Source: Octopus sinensis (taxonomy: Eukaryota). Taken from it: DNA of 64,000 nt. A model generated the notes under the pieces. That model saw only the letters and a list, made by a program, of their open reading frames with translations. It was not told the origin of the DNA and ran no database searches. The DNA lies in contig NC_043009.1 in the NCBI RefSeq assembly GCF_006345805.1, positions 31,248,001-31,312,000 on the forward strand, in the 5' to 3' direction. A program made the position numbers and the translations under genes. Shown one piece after another: positions 1 to 13,196 of the stretch. Position 1 is the stretch's first letter; each line of letters begins with the position of its first letter.

Positions 1-35
1 CTCCTGAAGTTTTGCATGCATAGTGGGCTTGCTAC

Positions 36-38
<3 letters not shown>

Positions 39-77
<39 letters not shown>

Positions 78-716
78 GAAGGAAAGAGCAGTGCATGCCA
101 TCAAAGTGACACTAGGGTAAAATATAGGAAGCCCAGTATACCCATCATGACTACCCATCTTATAATGGTACACCAGGCACATGCATCACAACCATATGTG
201 CATGAAATGGTGCTCTGATATCAAGATTAACAGTGTCTAGTTAGAATTTTCTTCAGGTAAAGTAGTCCATCCTGCTCAAATTGTCCCTGAATAAGGGTTG
301 TTTAAGGATTTTGTACGAAACACCCATGTTTCCAGAGATTAGTTATCCAAACCCCAAAGAATCCCTCTCAACACATGGCTATGATGCTTCACCACTACTT
401 CTGCTCGTGATCAGAGATGCACATATCGTCAGCCACTAAGTGACATGCTCAACTGGCTAAGGTCAAGCAACTGACAAACAAATCTGTGGTGTTGAGCAGA
501 ATATTTACTGTAGCCCATCTTTTATACCAAGACAAAACAATGTACATGATAACACTTCCAATCAGTCAAGATCAGAAGCCATGAGAGCCACTGCCTGGTA
601 CTGCATCAGGGCATTTATCATCATCATCATCATCATCATCAGTATTATTATTATTATCATTATTGCTACTGCAGCTGCTGTTGTTGTTGTTGTAGTTGCT
701 GTTGCTGTTGTTGTTT
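39..716 (-). mobile_element. Probable 3' portion of a non-LTR retroposon with (AAT)n tail, bounded by (ATC)/(ATT)/(GTT) microsatellites
   Basis: ~540 bp complex body (78-615) that runs into (AAT)n on the minus strand (39-77). No second copy in the window, so the family is unassigned. Confidence 0.4.
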
Positions 717-1644
717 TCGACCTCATCATAATGGAATAAAAATCCAAATCTAGTTTATATTTTAGTATATCATAGTCAAGACATTAATGGAATAGTAATG
801 TTTTCTCTGCTCAAGGCAATATTTTTTTTTTTTTGTTATTCTTATTATTGGGGGGAGGTCTGTACAAAAATATAAATGTATAACATGAGAACAAAAATAA
901 ATAGATAAAATATTAAGTAGGTAATAGCTTTAAAAAAGAAAAGCAACACAAATTGGAATTTCGCTGTTACATATCTAATATTATAATATTATCAGAATAT
1001 TATCCTTAATTTAATGATTCCAGCAGTTATTTCTCCTTTTCCAAATTCTTCATAAATAACACCATCACAGTGGTATTTATACCACATAGTTTATTTCTAA
1101 AATTTCATTTTACATCATTTAACTCTATATTGTTAAAGCATGAGACCTACTTGTGAATTGCCAGCAATTCTGCACAATATTAATGCCTTGAGGAATTATT
1201 AAATAGAATACAGATATGGAACCATAATTTTTCTAATCTTCCAATCATCTAAGGTGCCTTTTCAGGTGTGAATGGTTTGAGAGTAACTGGTTATTTACAA
1301 ACTAATTGTCAATTAGATTTTATAAAGTTAGCAGAGGTACCAATTGACAGAATTAATACCTGCCAATAGAGATGGTGTAGCTTACAGTTTGTTCTGTCGT
1401 TGTTTTTATCCCCTACGATGTATTATTCTGAAAGTATTCAGGACCAGGAAAAGAAGATCTAGTTGGTTGTAGAAAGACTTGAACATGCTTTCACTATGAT
1501 GGTAGCGTGGACAGTATGTTGATAATTAAATAACAGCTTTTGCTTTGGATTAACAGGTCGGACACTTTAGTCGATATTTCATTTTATAAGACATGTCAAG
1601 CTAAGAAAAATCACAGTGTTCCATAGACGCAGACTTGTCTTCTA

Positions 1645-1909
1645 CAGGTGCTGGTGCCCTTAAAATGTACTGGTGGCATGGCTGCATAAATCCACCTGTA
1701 CCAGTGGCGCATAAAAAGCACCCAGCACACTCTGTAATGTGGTTGGCATAAAGAAGGGCATCCAGCTATAAGAACCATATGTCAAAACAGACAATTGGAG
1801 TCTGGGCGGTTCCACGGCTGGCCAGCTTCTGTGAAACCATCCAACTCATGCCAGCATAGAAAACAGATGTTAAGTGATGCTGTTGATGATGATGATGATG
1901 ATGGTGATG
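1645..1909 (+). mobile_element. Family C: 5'-truncated (GAT)n-tailed retroposon end (RTE-type 3' tail)
   Basis: AAAAGCACCC...GGTTGGC...GAAGGGCATCCAGC...CATGCCAGCAT...(GAT)n, shared with 54630-55095 and about 10 other copies. Confidence 0.8.
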
Positions 1910-2583
1910 AATGATATTTCCCAAATGTTGTATGTAGAAGTCTCTTTTATCTAACTGAGACATAAAAAGTGGGTATTTGTAAATGACGGTGTTGTATTTT
2001 ATAGGTTGTGGCTGATGTGTGGCAGTGACGGGTTGAGTTGGTGAATGAAAATGGGATTTCTTGGGCTGCAGGAAGAAGTAAATGAACAACATCCACAAAC
2101 TTTTAATGGAAGAGTTTATCATTGCACCCAAAGTCAAACTGCATTGGTCTTTTACAAATAACAACAACAATAATTACATACTGTGAGAGAGATGAAGCAT
2201 GGAGTTTACAGCAAGAGATTGATAGAGCAGCATGTGGCTTATCCAACATAACTGGAAACAATGGTGCCATATTCGTGGCGATGGAGGTTCCTGTGATTTA
2301 TAGGTACATTTGTCTTAGCCATCTTCTTGGGTTGTCTGACTGCTAAAAATGCACACCAAACGGTTTTTATAGGGGACCAGGAGTCAAATTCTAGAATGTT
2401 TGAGAAGACCTGTCCATACCATCACTTCATGCTAATTAGTCAATAGTCAAACCACATGACACTGTGGAGGTTTGCTCATGGTGTCTGACAAGGAATTCTA
2501 GGGATTTGGTTTCAAATCACTACTACAATAGTATGTGCATATGTACAAGGCAGTGGGGATATATATATATATATGTATATATA

Positions 2584-2791
2584 TCGTTTTTCCCAACCAG
2601 CTGCCACGATTGACTGCTAAATCCACAAGTTTCTTTTATTCTCTCTCTGTTTATTTCTTCCTGTTCGTTTCTGTTGAAGAGCGTAGGCTTGAAATGTAAA
2701 AGACTTTCTCACCTTCCCGAGTGTCAAACTAATATGCATGCTTGTTATTTATACACCTGTCTTAGCCTTTTGTTTCTCTGTAAATTTCAAC
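2584..2791 (+). mobile_element. HH-A short non-coding element carrying a decayed hammerhead motif
   Basis: CTGTTGA-A-GAGC-GTAG-GCTT-GAAAT-GTA at 2671-2698. Similar to 16285-16440, 16560-16745, 52290-52385 and 57280-57420. Flanked by (TA)n on both sides. Confidence 0.65.
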
Positions 2792-2807
2792 TATATATAT
2801 ATATATA

Positions 2808-3816
2808 CAAGGGTTGGGCAAAATAATGGAAATACCTACCATCATAGCATAATTTTGAAATATCTATAAAACCATCAAAAGCTTGTTAATTTTTGTTTTT
2901 TGATTTATTATTAGTGTTGCTTAATATGTTTTGCTAAATTTGCGAATTGTTAGAAAGAATCACAAAAGTACAGCTCCCAAAATTACTGCAGAGCTTAATG
3001 ACTATCTTGAGAACCCAGTTTCCACAAAACTGTTTGCCGGGAGCTGCACAAAGCCAGATTTTACTGGAAGGTTGCAATCAGAAAACTACTACATTCAAAA
3101 ACAAATGTCGCAAAGCATTTAGAGTGGAGTAAAAACCTACAGAATTGGTTCCTAGAGCAATGGAAGAATGTTATTTTCTCAAACAATTCATCCTTTACCC
3201 TATTTCCAACAACGGGCAGAATATATGTGTGGAGACAGCCAAAAGAAGCATTTGACCCAGACTGCCTTCTTCCAACTGTTAAACATGGAGGAGGATCTTT
3301 GATAATCGGGGCAGGCGGGGTCTATATTTTGGAAATCCACTGGCCCAATGGTTTCCCTTTATGGCAGAATTAACAGTCAAGACTATACATTTTATCTGAT
3401 CAAATTCATCCTATGGTTGTGGAACTGTTTCTGGAGGGAAACACAATCTTTCAGGATGATAATGCACCAATTCGCACAGCTAAAGTTGTTATGGAATGGC
3501 ATGAGGAACATTCTAGTAAAGTTGAACATCTTATCTGGCCACCACAGTCCCCAGATCTCAATATTATTGAACATTTATAGTGCATTTTAGAAAAACAAGT
3601 AAGGAGTCGATATCCTCCACCATCATCACTACAACAACTGGAGGCTGTTTTAGCTGAAGAATGGACAAAATTCCTTTGGAAACAATTCAAACTTTGTATG
3701 AGTCTTAATACCTCACAGAATTCAAACTGTAATTACTGCCAAAGGCTGTCCTACCGCATATTAAAATAAATTTGTTTGAAATTTTAAGGTGTTTCCATTA
3801 TTTTGCCCAAGCCCTG
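2808..3816 (+). mobile_element. Tc1-like DNA transposon, internally deleted, both TIRs present
   Basis: 30-bp TIRs CAAGGGTTGGGCAAAATAATGGAAATACCT (2808-2837) and the reverse complement at 3787-3816. TA on both flanks. Confidence 0.92.
2931..3755 (+). pseudogene. Tc1/mariner transposase relic (DD36E spacing), frameshifted
   Basis: RIVRKNHKSTAPKITAELN (HTH), NVIFSNNSSF (first catalytic D lost), TVKHGGGS, FQDDNAP...WPPQSPDLNIIEH. Multiple stops and frameshifts. Confidence 0.9.
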
Positions 3817-5329
3817 TATATACACACACATATGAAAGTAAAACAACTGTATTTATGTGATAAAAAGAGCCAAGCCAGTTATTTGCTATGGTAATATTAG
3901 CGATTCCTGAAACAAACCATGATACTGGAAGTAATTCCATGAAAGATTGCAAATGAAATTTACCGAAATACTCCATGCCATTTTTTTACATATTAGCAAT
4001 GGCAAGTCCCAAAGTCTTAGAAATTGCTTAGGAAAAAACCCCACAGTTCATTCTTAGATTGGGTTCTATGGTCCATACACAAACAAAAAAGATGACTGCT
4101 GCTACTACTGCCACTGCTGCTAATTCTGTTGCTGCTGCTGCTACTACAATTACTATATGCTGAAAAATGTTTAATACCTGCATGATTACTCATGCCAACA
4201 CAAAAGCACATACCATTATTATCATTCTCATTACCCTCCTCCTCCTCCTCCTTCTGATTATCATCATCATTGGTGAATCCATTTTTCCATGTTAGCATCG
4301 ATTGATTAGGATTTTGGTCACCTCTTCCAGAATGCATTCATATGGTGCACCTATTCTAAAAACTAAGATATACAGTATTGAACATTATAAGCAAACCAAT
4401 TCTGTTTCAACACATGCTGACAATGTAATCCCAATAGTGTGAATCTGTAAACAAAATAATCAAAATTGCTGCATTCATTTGTTTAAAGCATGATATTGAA
4501 ACTTCTAGAATGTTGGCATTAACAAGAATGCAAACTTGTTTTTAGGTCAAGTATGTTTGAAGCATATTCAAACCTGTAAGAAAGTCATTCACGTTATTTT
4601 GACATAGGAGAAAATTTCTTGGTGTCACCTAAACAGACTGTGGGCTGCATGCATCTCAGCATGGTTATCTCCTCTTCAGCAGCAGACACCAGAAAGGCAG
4701 ACGCAAGAATATTTCCACAGCCTACAGAGATCACAGGACAAGGGTCACTCTCCAATTTTACTTCTTGATTTGATTAAAAAGCATTGACATATTCTATATA
4801 TTCTATAAGACAATTATTAGAATTTGAGTACTTGTTATTAATCAGAGTACATAATATGTGAGAAAAACTTTGTTTGATTTAATTATTTCCAATGTTCAGC
4901 TATTTTTATCTCATTATATAATAGCTGTTTCTTAGTACCCTAGTCTTTAGTTACATTAAAGCTGTTATTATACACAAAATGTAACAACGAAGGATGTCAG
5001 TGACCGAGAGGAGCTATTATATATGCTGCTGTGAAACTAGAAGTACACGAGAAACAGAATACATATATATATATATATATACATATATGAGTGTGTGTGT
5101 ATGCATATTATTTTGCAAGGGAAAATGCAACAGTAAACATATAATGAATGGTTTACTTTTAGTAATGTATTGAGTAATCCTTCAATTAGGATTTGACATA
5201 TATATATATAACTAAATTTAAACACACACACACAAATAGAGTAAGAGAGAGAAAGAGAGAGATATATTATTTGTGTACACATGCAAGTTTGTCATAGCAG
5301 TTCATGTGTGTGGAGGGAGGCTGAGTGTG

Positions 5330-5574
5330 TGTTTATTTGGCATTGATAATGATGGTGGTGATGATGATGATGACTAGAAGTCAGTGGCTATTGACAGTCA
5401 AGGTGATTTATATGGCAGAGATAATAAATTTGATAATGATTATATTGGGGGGACAGGGTGGGGAGGTGTTGATGCAAATGACAGAGTTGACAACTATGAC
5501 ATTGATTATTACAGTGGGATGACAAGGAAATGACGAACAGTAATTATTCTGATAACGAGGGTTGTGATCCACCC

Positions 5575-5606
<32 letters not shown>

Positions 5607-5835
5607 GTGGAGAGGGGTAATGATGATGGTAGTGGTGATGATGGTTGTAGTGATGATGATGATCATTATCATCATGGAGATGATGACGATAATAATGATG
5701 ATGATGATGTTGTTGGTAATAATGATGACAGTGATGATGATGATGGTGAAAAGTTTAAAAGCAATTATTTTTATGATCAGGATGCTGATATGGGATTGGT
5801 GATGGGGAAAGATGATGATGATGATGATGAATAGT
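5330..5835. repeat. Compound (GAT)/(GGT) trinucleotide microsatellite region
   Basis: Directly visible. Confidence 0.85.
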
Positions 5836-6084
5836 CTTGTTAAAGTATTGGTCATATTCACTGTAAATGTGTTTAAATGAAAGATCAATGTAACACCATT
5901 AACATTTGATTGATTAATTGGTCAATTTGGTGACCTTTAACCTCTTATAGGTCATTAGGAATGTTCTAATGAGATGCTTCTAACATCTACAGCTACAGGC
6001 GGCTGCAGACCAATTCCTTGAGTTGGGGATTTATTGCCAACATGTGGATATTTTTCAAGAAAGCAACAATTGAGGAAAAAGAAT

Positions 6085-6388
6085 TTTCATGATCATCATC
6101 ATCGTCAATATTATTGTCATTATCATCATCATTATCATCATCACCATCACCAACATCACAACTACCACCACCACCACCATGACAACTACGCCCCCCCCCC
6201 AGATACTATCATCATCATCAGCATTGTCACCATCAACAGCAGCAGCAGCAGCGACACCACCACCACGAAATACCATTGCAATCACCACCATCACCATCTT
6301 CATCATCACCATCTTCATCATCATCATCATCATTATTGTCAATAGCACTGCTGCTACCACCACCCACAACTCTACCACCTGCACTTAC

Positions 6389-6419
<31 letters not shown>

Positions 6420-6420
6420 A
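6085..6420. repeat. Compound (CAT)/(CAC)/(CAG) microsatellite
   Basis: Directly visible. Confidence 0.9.
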
Positions 6421-7199
6421 ATACATTCACTTTTCCCTAGTGGATGTGTCCTGACACTCTCAGAGACAATTTTGGTTCAAGCTTTTTCATTCCCAGATGG
6501 GTCACAGACCACATCTCATATGTGTATTCCATTTTTTGGCATCTTTCCCAGAGCATGATGATGGATGTCCTTCCTATTAGCAACCATTACACGGATTGTT
6601 ATGGCTACATTTCATCTTGCTACCAACTCAAGTCTTCCCCACTTGGTGGACATAAAAGCTTCTCTCTAATCTGTGTCAAGTCCATTAGCTCACTGGCAGG
6701 AGAGAAATTGACCCTGACATCATTAAAGAGAGATCCTCTGCCTTGCCATTTTCCATTAATTTGTTCCTTTTTCTCCTCACAAATGTTTGTATAGAAAAAG
6801 AAATTAATGGATGGAATTGGAAAACCAATGGCGAAAGTGAATGAAGAGGCAAAAAGCATTTCATGTAAAAATGTTCAAAATAATTTGGTGAATTAAATAA
6901 AATCCAAAATCTGATCATGTTGACAGCATGTGCATTAATAAAAGCTAACCCCAAGTTAATTTGCTATGAGCATTGAAAAAGCCAGTATTTTCTACACCTG
7001 TCCTTCTTTAGAAGTTAAAAATTGTGGCCAGTATTGAGGTTCCTAGGAAAGAAATGAGATAGAATGGGGGAAAGTGGGAAGAAAGGACAGGGAAAGGAGA
7101 GTGGGAAGTGATTTAGGTAGAGGTATGAGTGGGGTGGAATGAGGAAAGATAGTCATAGGTCCTTTATTAGTAGGATTAGTTTATTTAAACAGCCTGGTC

Positions 7200-7500
7200 T
7201 GTTTGTAGCTGGAGCAGTCCAGTTAGCAACAGGATCCAGTCAGTTAGCAACAGGATCTGGTCGGTTGGTGACAGGGTCTGGTTGGTTAGCAACAAGAACC
7301 CAGCCGGTTTGCAACAGTTATGAGCTCGATTATTTAACAGTAAGACTAGATTAGTCAGTGAGAGGATTAGGCCAATTAGCAACAAATCCAAGTCAGTTTG
7401 CAATTGGGGTGAACACAACAGCAAAGCCTGTTTGGTTACCAAGTAAACCCAACCAGTTTATGACAAGATTAGGTTAGTTAAAATCCATATTAATTAGCAA
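7200..7500. repeat. Degenerate 21-bp minisatellite
   Basis: CAGTTAGCAACAGGATCCAGT / CAGTTAGCAACAGGATCTGGT / CGGTTGGTGACAGGGTCTGGT / TGGTTAGCAACAAGAACCCAG, decaying rightwards. Confidence 0.75.
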
Positions 7501-8734
7501 CTGTACCACGTCATTTAAAGGTCAAGTTAAATAATATTATTAATAGTTTGAATAAATATGAAATAACCTGTGATGACCTGTGATAATTCCAGTGAGAGTC
7601 ACCTGACTGAGGATGCTGATCCTCCTGTTGTGCACTGAGACGAGAATTGAGGAGAGCAATTATCTGTTGATGCTAGTCACATGTGTCCTTGCTCTAGCAG
7701 TGATAGATGTAACCGGTGTTTGAAGAAGGATTTCATCAACAACATTGAAATAAAGATAGTTGAAATAATGGTCAAAGTGACCACCCATTCATTATTGTTG
7801 TGCTAAATTGATTTCCACTGTTGTCCAGGGTAAAGGTGCTGGGTAGAAGAATAGATTAATCACAAAAAATTAATAAATAAAAATTATTCCTTGATATTGG
7901 GATAAATAAGTCCTGTAATTTTGGAATTAATATTACAGTTAGAAACAGTGATCTAAGATGGTGATAATCATATTTTTACTAAATTCCTATTGAAGATTTG
8001 TCTAAAATACATCTTAATACAAAAAAACTAATTTTATGATTTCTAATCTTCCCACATTTCAACATTTTTCATCACTTATCGAAAATTTTTCTAAATGATA
8101 AAAAAATTTGAATTAAATGTTTATCTTGTTTATTTCTGGGATAAGCAGAACTTCGTTAGACTTTTCTTGATCAGAGGTAAATATTAATCGTTAATGAAAA
8201 CTCTGGAGTTTTACTGATATGAATTTTGCTTGTAAATATTCACCCGTCCATCCAATCTTATTTATAAGAATTTCCTTTCACTCACCAATCTCTTTAGATA
8301 CCAGACTTGTATTTCAGTTTATCTTGACATCAAACGATTTGGGTTTGTTCAATTATTTTTCCCAGATTTCATCAGAAGTTGTTAGTCTTGCTTAGTTTTC
8401 TAAAACACATCTTCAGTCTTAACACCAAAACTCTAATCAGGACTGAGGTTTTTTACTGTATCACTCCCATCTTTCATGTTTCCTTTTTTCTTCACCAAAT
8501 TTTGATCATAAACTTTATATAAAATAATGCAACAAGAACTAGAACAAAATGCCATTTAGATAAACTTTCTTTCAAAATACCATTTCTATCCAAAATACAA
8601 TCATTTTTTTAAATGCTACATACACAATCCTTCTCTATCCAAACATTTCATTTTCTTTGCTATATCTTAGGCAAACTCTGACCTTACATCATCATTTTGG
8701 GCTTGTGTCTCATCTTTTCTTATTCCTCTCTCTT

Positions 8735-8897
8735 TGGCAGAACCATCAGCATGTTTAGCAGAATGACTTTGGGATCTGTATGTTTTGAGTTCAAATTCTG
8801 TCATGGTTGACTTTGCCTTTTGCCATTTCAGGGTTGATAAAATAAGTACCAGTTGAAAACTGGGGTCACTCTAATTAACGTATCCCCTCCCTCAAGG
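8735..8897 (+). mobile_element. SINE-A (tRNA-derived), degenerate
   Basis: TGGCAGAA A-box, GAGTTCAAATTC B-box, GACTTTGCCTTT...GATAAAATAAGTACCAG core. Confidence 0.75.
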
Positions 8898-8921
8898 GGA
8901 TTAGCCAATATCATATAATAG

Positions 8922-9128
8922 TTGTAAATGAGTGTCATTGTTACACAAGCAGTGTCATTTATTTCCAGTATTCTTCAGAAAGAAACCTGGCTATGAGAAA
9001 ATCTTACCATCTTTGGAAACAGATGAGTGTTGGCTACAGGAAGAGTATCCAACCAGAGAAAATCTGCCTCCCTAAAACTCATCCGACCCATGCATCCATG
9101 GAATGGTGGATGTAAAAATGATGATGAT
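8922..9128 (+). mobile_element. Family C2 (GAT)n-tailed retroposon end
   Basis: TTACC..TTTGGAAACAG..GTTGGC.ACAGGAAG..ATCCA...CCCATGC...(GAT)n, shared with 21560, 37905, 46940 and 63835. Confidence 0.7.
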
Positions 9129-9147
9129 TGCAAGGATATTCTTCATA

Positions 9148-9384
9148 TTTTACTTGTTTCACTCATTAGACTGGCCATGCTGGAGCAGCACTGCCTTGCA
9201 GGATTTTTAGTTGAATGAATCAACCCCAGTACTTAATTTGTTTTGAGCCTGAGACTTGTTCTGTTAGTAACTTTTGACAAACTGCTAAGTTACAGGGATG
9301 TAAACACACCAACACCAGTTGTTATGGTGCATGACAAATGCAAGCGCAAAGACACACCAACACACACACACACACACATACATA

Positions 9385-9428
<44 letters not shown>

Positions 9429-9592
9429 TGACAAGCTTCTTTTAGTTTCCATCTACCAAATCTAGTCACAAGGCTTTGGTTGGCACCAGGCTATAGTAGA
9501 AGACACTTGCTCAATGTGCCTTGCAGTGGAACTGAACCCAGAGCTACATGGTTGGGGAGCAAACTTCTTACCACACAGCCACAGCTGCACCT
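9148..9592 (-). mobile_element. SINE-B (tRNA-derived), near full length, with internal (CA)n(TA)n
   Basis: Reverse-strand head GTGGCTGTGTGGTAAG...GGTTCAGTTCC and tail GCTCCAGCATGGCC...GAAACAAGTAAAA. Matches 59044-59448. Confidence 0.85.
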
Positions 9593-9743
9593 TGTACTTC
9601 GTTTTGTGAGCTGGTTTCTGGTTTCTCTCATGATGTAGAAGTGCAAGTCACAGTAAAAGTACAAAGTGTATAGTACAAGGTGTTATACTGAGCACGGAAG
9701 TATGTGGAGGAAGTGTTATTGTATTTAGACAATATAAAGAGAA

Positions 9744-9962
9744 GGCAGTGAGCTGGCAGAAGCATTAGCATGCTGGGCAAAATGCTTAGTGGTATTTCGT
9801 CTGTCTTTATGTTCTGAGTTCAAATTCCACCGAGGTCGACTTTGCTTTTCATCCTTTCAGGGTCGATAAATTAAGTACCGGTTACATACTGGGGGTCGAT
9901 CTAATTGACTGGCCCCCCACCTCTCACCAGAATGTTGGGCCTTGTGCCTAGAGTGGAAAAGA
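9744..9962 (+). mobile_element. SINE-A, full length
   Basis: GGCAGTGAGCTGGCAGAA...GAGTTCAAATTCCACCGAGGTCGACTTTGC...GGGTCGATAAATTAAGTACC. Confidence 0.9.
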
Positions 9963-10356
9963 ATATAAATAGAAAGTATAACAGGAGTAACTGTACCATT
10001 TTATGGAATGATTCACCACCAATAAGAGAAAGAGAGGCAGAAAGAAAAAGATGAGGTTTAGTCTACCCTCTCCCCCCCTCCACACCCACCACCGCCGATA
10101 TACTGTATCCTGAGCAATAAATCATGTCTGCTGTTGCATTAAATCACTTGGCAAAAAGTTAAAAGTTTTCATAACAAAACTCTATCAACATCTAAATTCT
10201 TATGTTCTTGCTATATTATTTGCTATTAATTTTATGATTATAAGTTGTTAATCAGAAGTTATTGTTTGTTAATAAGTAGGAGTAATTGATTTTTTAAATT
10301 TAGTATCTCGTTACATACATCATCTACTTTCTGTTTATATGTTCATTTGTAAGGTT

Positions 10357-10399
<43 letters not shown>

Positions 10400-11449
10400 A
10401 TTTTTTTCTGATATTGTCAGTGTTTATTTCAGTAAAAGTAATTTTAGTTCCGTGGTTTTTTACTTTTTTTCTTTTTTTTCTTTTTTTTCTTTTTAAAAAA
10501 AAAACAAAGCATAAAGTACCACTCTTTACCTCAAAATTCTCTTCAATGCTGGTTTTCACTTTTAGCAAGCAAGAAAGATGACCTAGATGGTATTTTTCTG
10601 CAGTTCTTGTTGCATTCTTTTTATATAAAGTTTATTATCAAAAATTAATAAACAGACGTAAAATTTCTCTGTTTATAATTAATATCTCCTTACACATATC
10701 GTCTAGTTTTTGTTTATTCAATTTTAATAGTTCTTATTCTTTATTAAAGAAATATTCTTACTGTTTGCTTTCATATTCTCTTCAATGTAAATATTTGTAA
10801 CTTAGTCTTGACTTTTATGAAGAAACTCCTACCAACCGACATTCTCTGGGCCTGATTCCTCACAGCCTATACCACACTTTTCGCATCTCTTATTCACTGC
10901 AACCATACAAAGGAAAGATCTGGGCGAAGGCAGTGAGGGTTGGCATAGGGAAAAGGAAGTTGGTCAAAGAGTATGAAACTTAGTGATATGTGATGTAAAG
11001 TCTTCAACTATTTAACTGCTAATTGCAAGGCAAACAGGCAAACAAGTTTCCAGTTACCGAGTAAAGGGGCAGATAAATGAGGAAAACAAGTAGAAGGGAA
11101 AGTGTCACATAAACTGGAGAAAACAAGACATGCTGCAAAGTGACAACAGGAAACAGAAGGAAGTTAAGAAAGTTTCGATACCAATAACTAGAAGAAAACA
11201 AAATAAAATATCTAAAAAAATCAACGTCAAAGCTTGGAAATGAAATAAGAAAACCTCAAAAAGTGTAAAATGAAAATGCTGAAGAAGAAGAATAAAAAAA
11301 GTTTAATTAATAAAGATAAATACAGGTTTCATAGTTGCACCTGAAATTGAAGAACATAGCATCAAAACAAGACAAGAAATGCAAATACAATAGAAACACA
11401 AAAGTTTGAAATAATAAAATCAACAAAACTTTTGGAAAAGAAAATTTAT

Positions 11450-13151
11450 TGTTATTCAAGTGAGTCTAAGAATATCGCTTGTAGTACCAAACATTTCTAA
11501 TAAGAGAATCCCTTCCATGTTAAGTTCAATAATGTTGAAATGAATATGAAATCGTTGCCTTACTAAAGAGAAACACTACCAAATATTTGCAATATAATAA
11601 ACAACTGAAAGTGCTTTAATTACAGATATTTCAAAGACAGTATTAGATCTTATAACCTGGCATTTTCCCCCTGCTTCTCTGAAAGTTCAGATATTTCAGG
11701 AATCAGGTCATGGGTAAAATTGTTATCATATTCATAAATAAATCTTTCATCCTACAAGCAATATGTGCATCCAGCTTTGGGAATATCAGAATTTACCAAA
11801 CATTACATGGTTGATTCCAAAACGGTTATCACTGATATTGGCACTAATTAAATTTCAGAATTAGAATAATGAAAGATATATTCTTCAAAATATGACTACA
11901 CTAGATCAGATCAGCAGAGTAAACACTTGTGATTTCATTTATAAATTGACAGGAGAATGAAAGAAATATTCCTATGATAGGAGCGAATAAGGTATTCAAA
12001 ATATCCCAATATGATAATTTCTCTGCTGAAAATGGGTTTTAGTGATATTAATGGTGAATACTTCATTTTGTGGATGTGGCTTACATTTTTTTCATCTAAT
12101 TCAATAAACTCCTCTCGTTAATTGAAATATGCTAATCTTAAATCTTGATCCCAGGATGGCAACCAAGAATGAGCAATAATCCTGAATTGATTAAGAACCA
12201 TAAACTGATCAACCCATTTTAGTAGGTCATGACATAAATTTTTTAAAACCACAGGGAAAGAAGATTCTGACTCTTTTCTGCATGGACAGAAAATCTTTTC
12301 CAAAATGGTTTGCTGACTCTCATCTTCAAGTTGAGACAAATAATTTGAATTATGTAAGATATTCACAATGCCATGTCAGAGCTTAACATTTGCAAAGACT
12401 TACAAATCATCTAATTACTGTTGCTAGCTGTGACATACACTTATTTTGCCATAAATATTCTAAAGGTCTCCAAGGAACATGTGAAAATGCTTCCTTGATG
12501 CTATGACTATTATAAGAAAATTTGGAAAGATAGATTTATTTACTAGCATGATTCAATCCTTCTTCAGTTGAAATCAGAGATAATCTTTTTCTTCGAAAAT
12601 TCCCTTCAGACAGACTAGATATTGTAGTAAGGGTGTTTAAGATAAAATTGACGTATTTATTGAGCAATAAACCGAACAATAATATTTGGGGAAATGCTAG
12701 GTCATATTGCTACCCTATCAAATTCCAGAAACCAGGATTACCTCATACTTGTATTCTCATAATTTTAGATGAAGTAAATAAATTTAATGACCCAGGTAAA
12801 GTAGACAAAGCAGTGAGCAGAGAAATACCCTAAACTATACACTGAGTAAACACATGAGGAAACTATTAAGAAATGCATGATTCACGCTCCCCTTGGCAAT
12901 CTAAATCATGATGTGCCATGCATGGAGAATAATAAATGTAGCAAAGACTTCTCTAAGGAATTCAGAAGCATGCTTAAGCAAATTTTGATGGATATTCAAT
13001 GCATGGAAGATGACCAAATAGCTCTGTGCAAATTGGCAATAATAGAGTGGATAGCAGATATGTTATTCCTCACAGAAACTATCTCATCTTCATGTTTAAA
13101 TGCCATATAAATGTAACAGTAGGTTCTTCAATGAAATCAGGTAAATATGGC

Positions 13152-13196
<45 letters not shown>

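Noticed and set aside
2130-2500. Possible mariner relic (VWCAF on the minus strand)
   Set aside because: Single short motif; no TIRs or ordered catalytic motifs.
4608-4745. GC-richer segment with two open plus frames after a TAG acceptor
   Set aside because: No convincing donor and no recognisable peptide.
8040-8420. Possible LINE RT relic (FIDLEKAFD-like) on the minus strand
   Set aside because: It needs two assumed deletions and no second motif confirms it.
10837-10896. 60-nt minus-strand exon candidate NKRCEKCGIGCEESGPENV
   Set aside because: Plausible acceptor, but weak donor (GTTGGT), no recognisable family and no supported partner exon. It may be Helitron 5' sequence.
12118-12366. 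82-aa minus ORF that looks protein-like
   Set aside because: It is the antisense shadow of the plus-strand Helitron coding relic.
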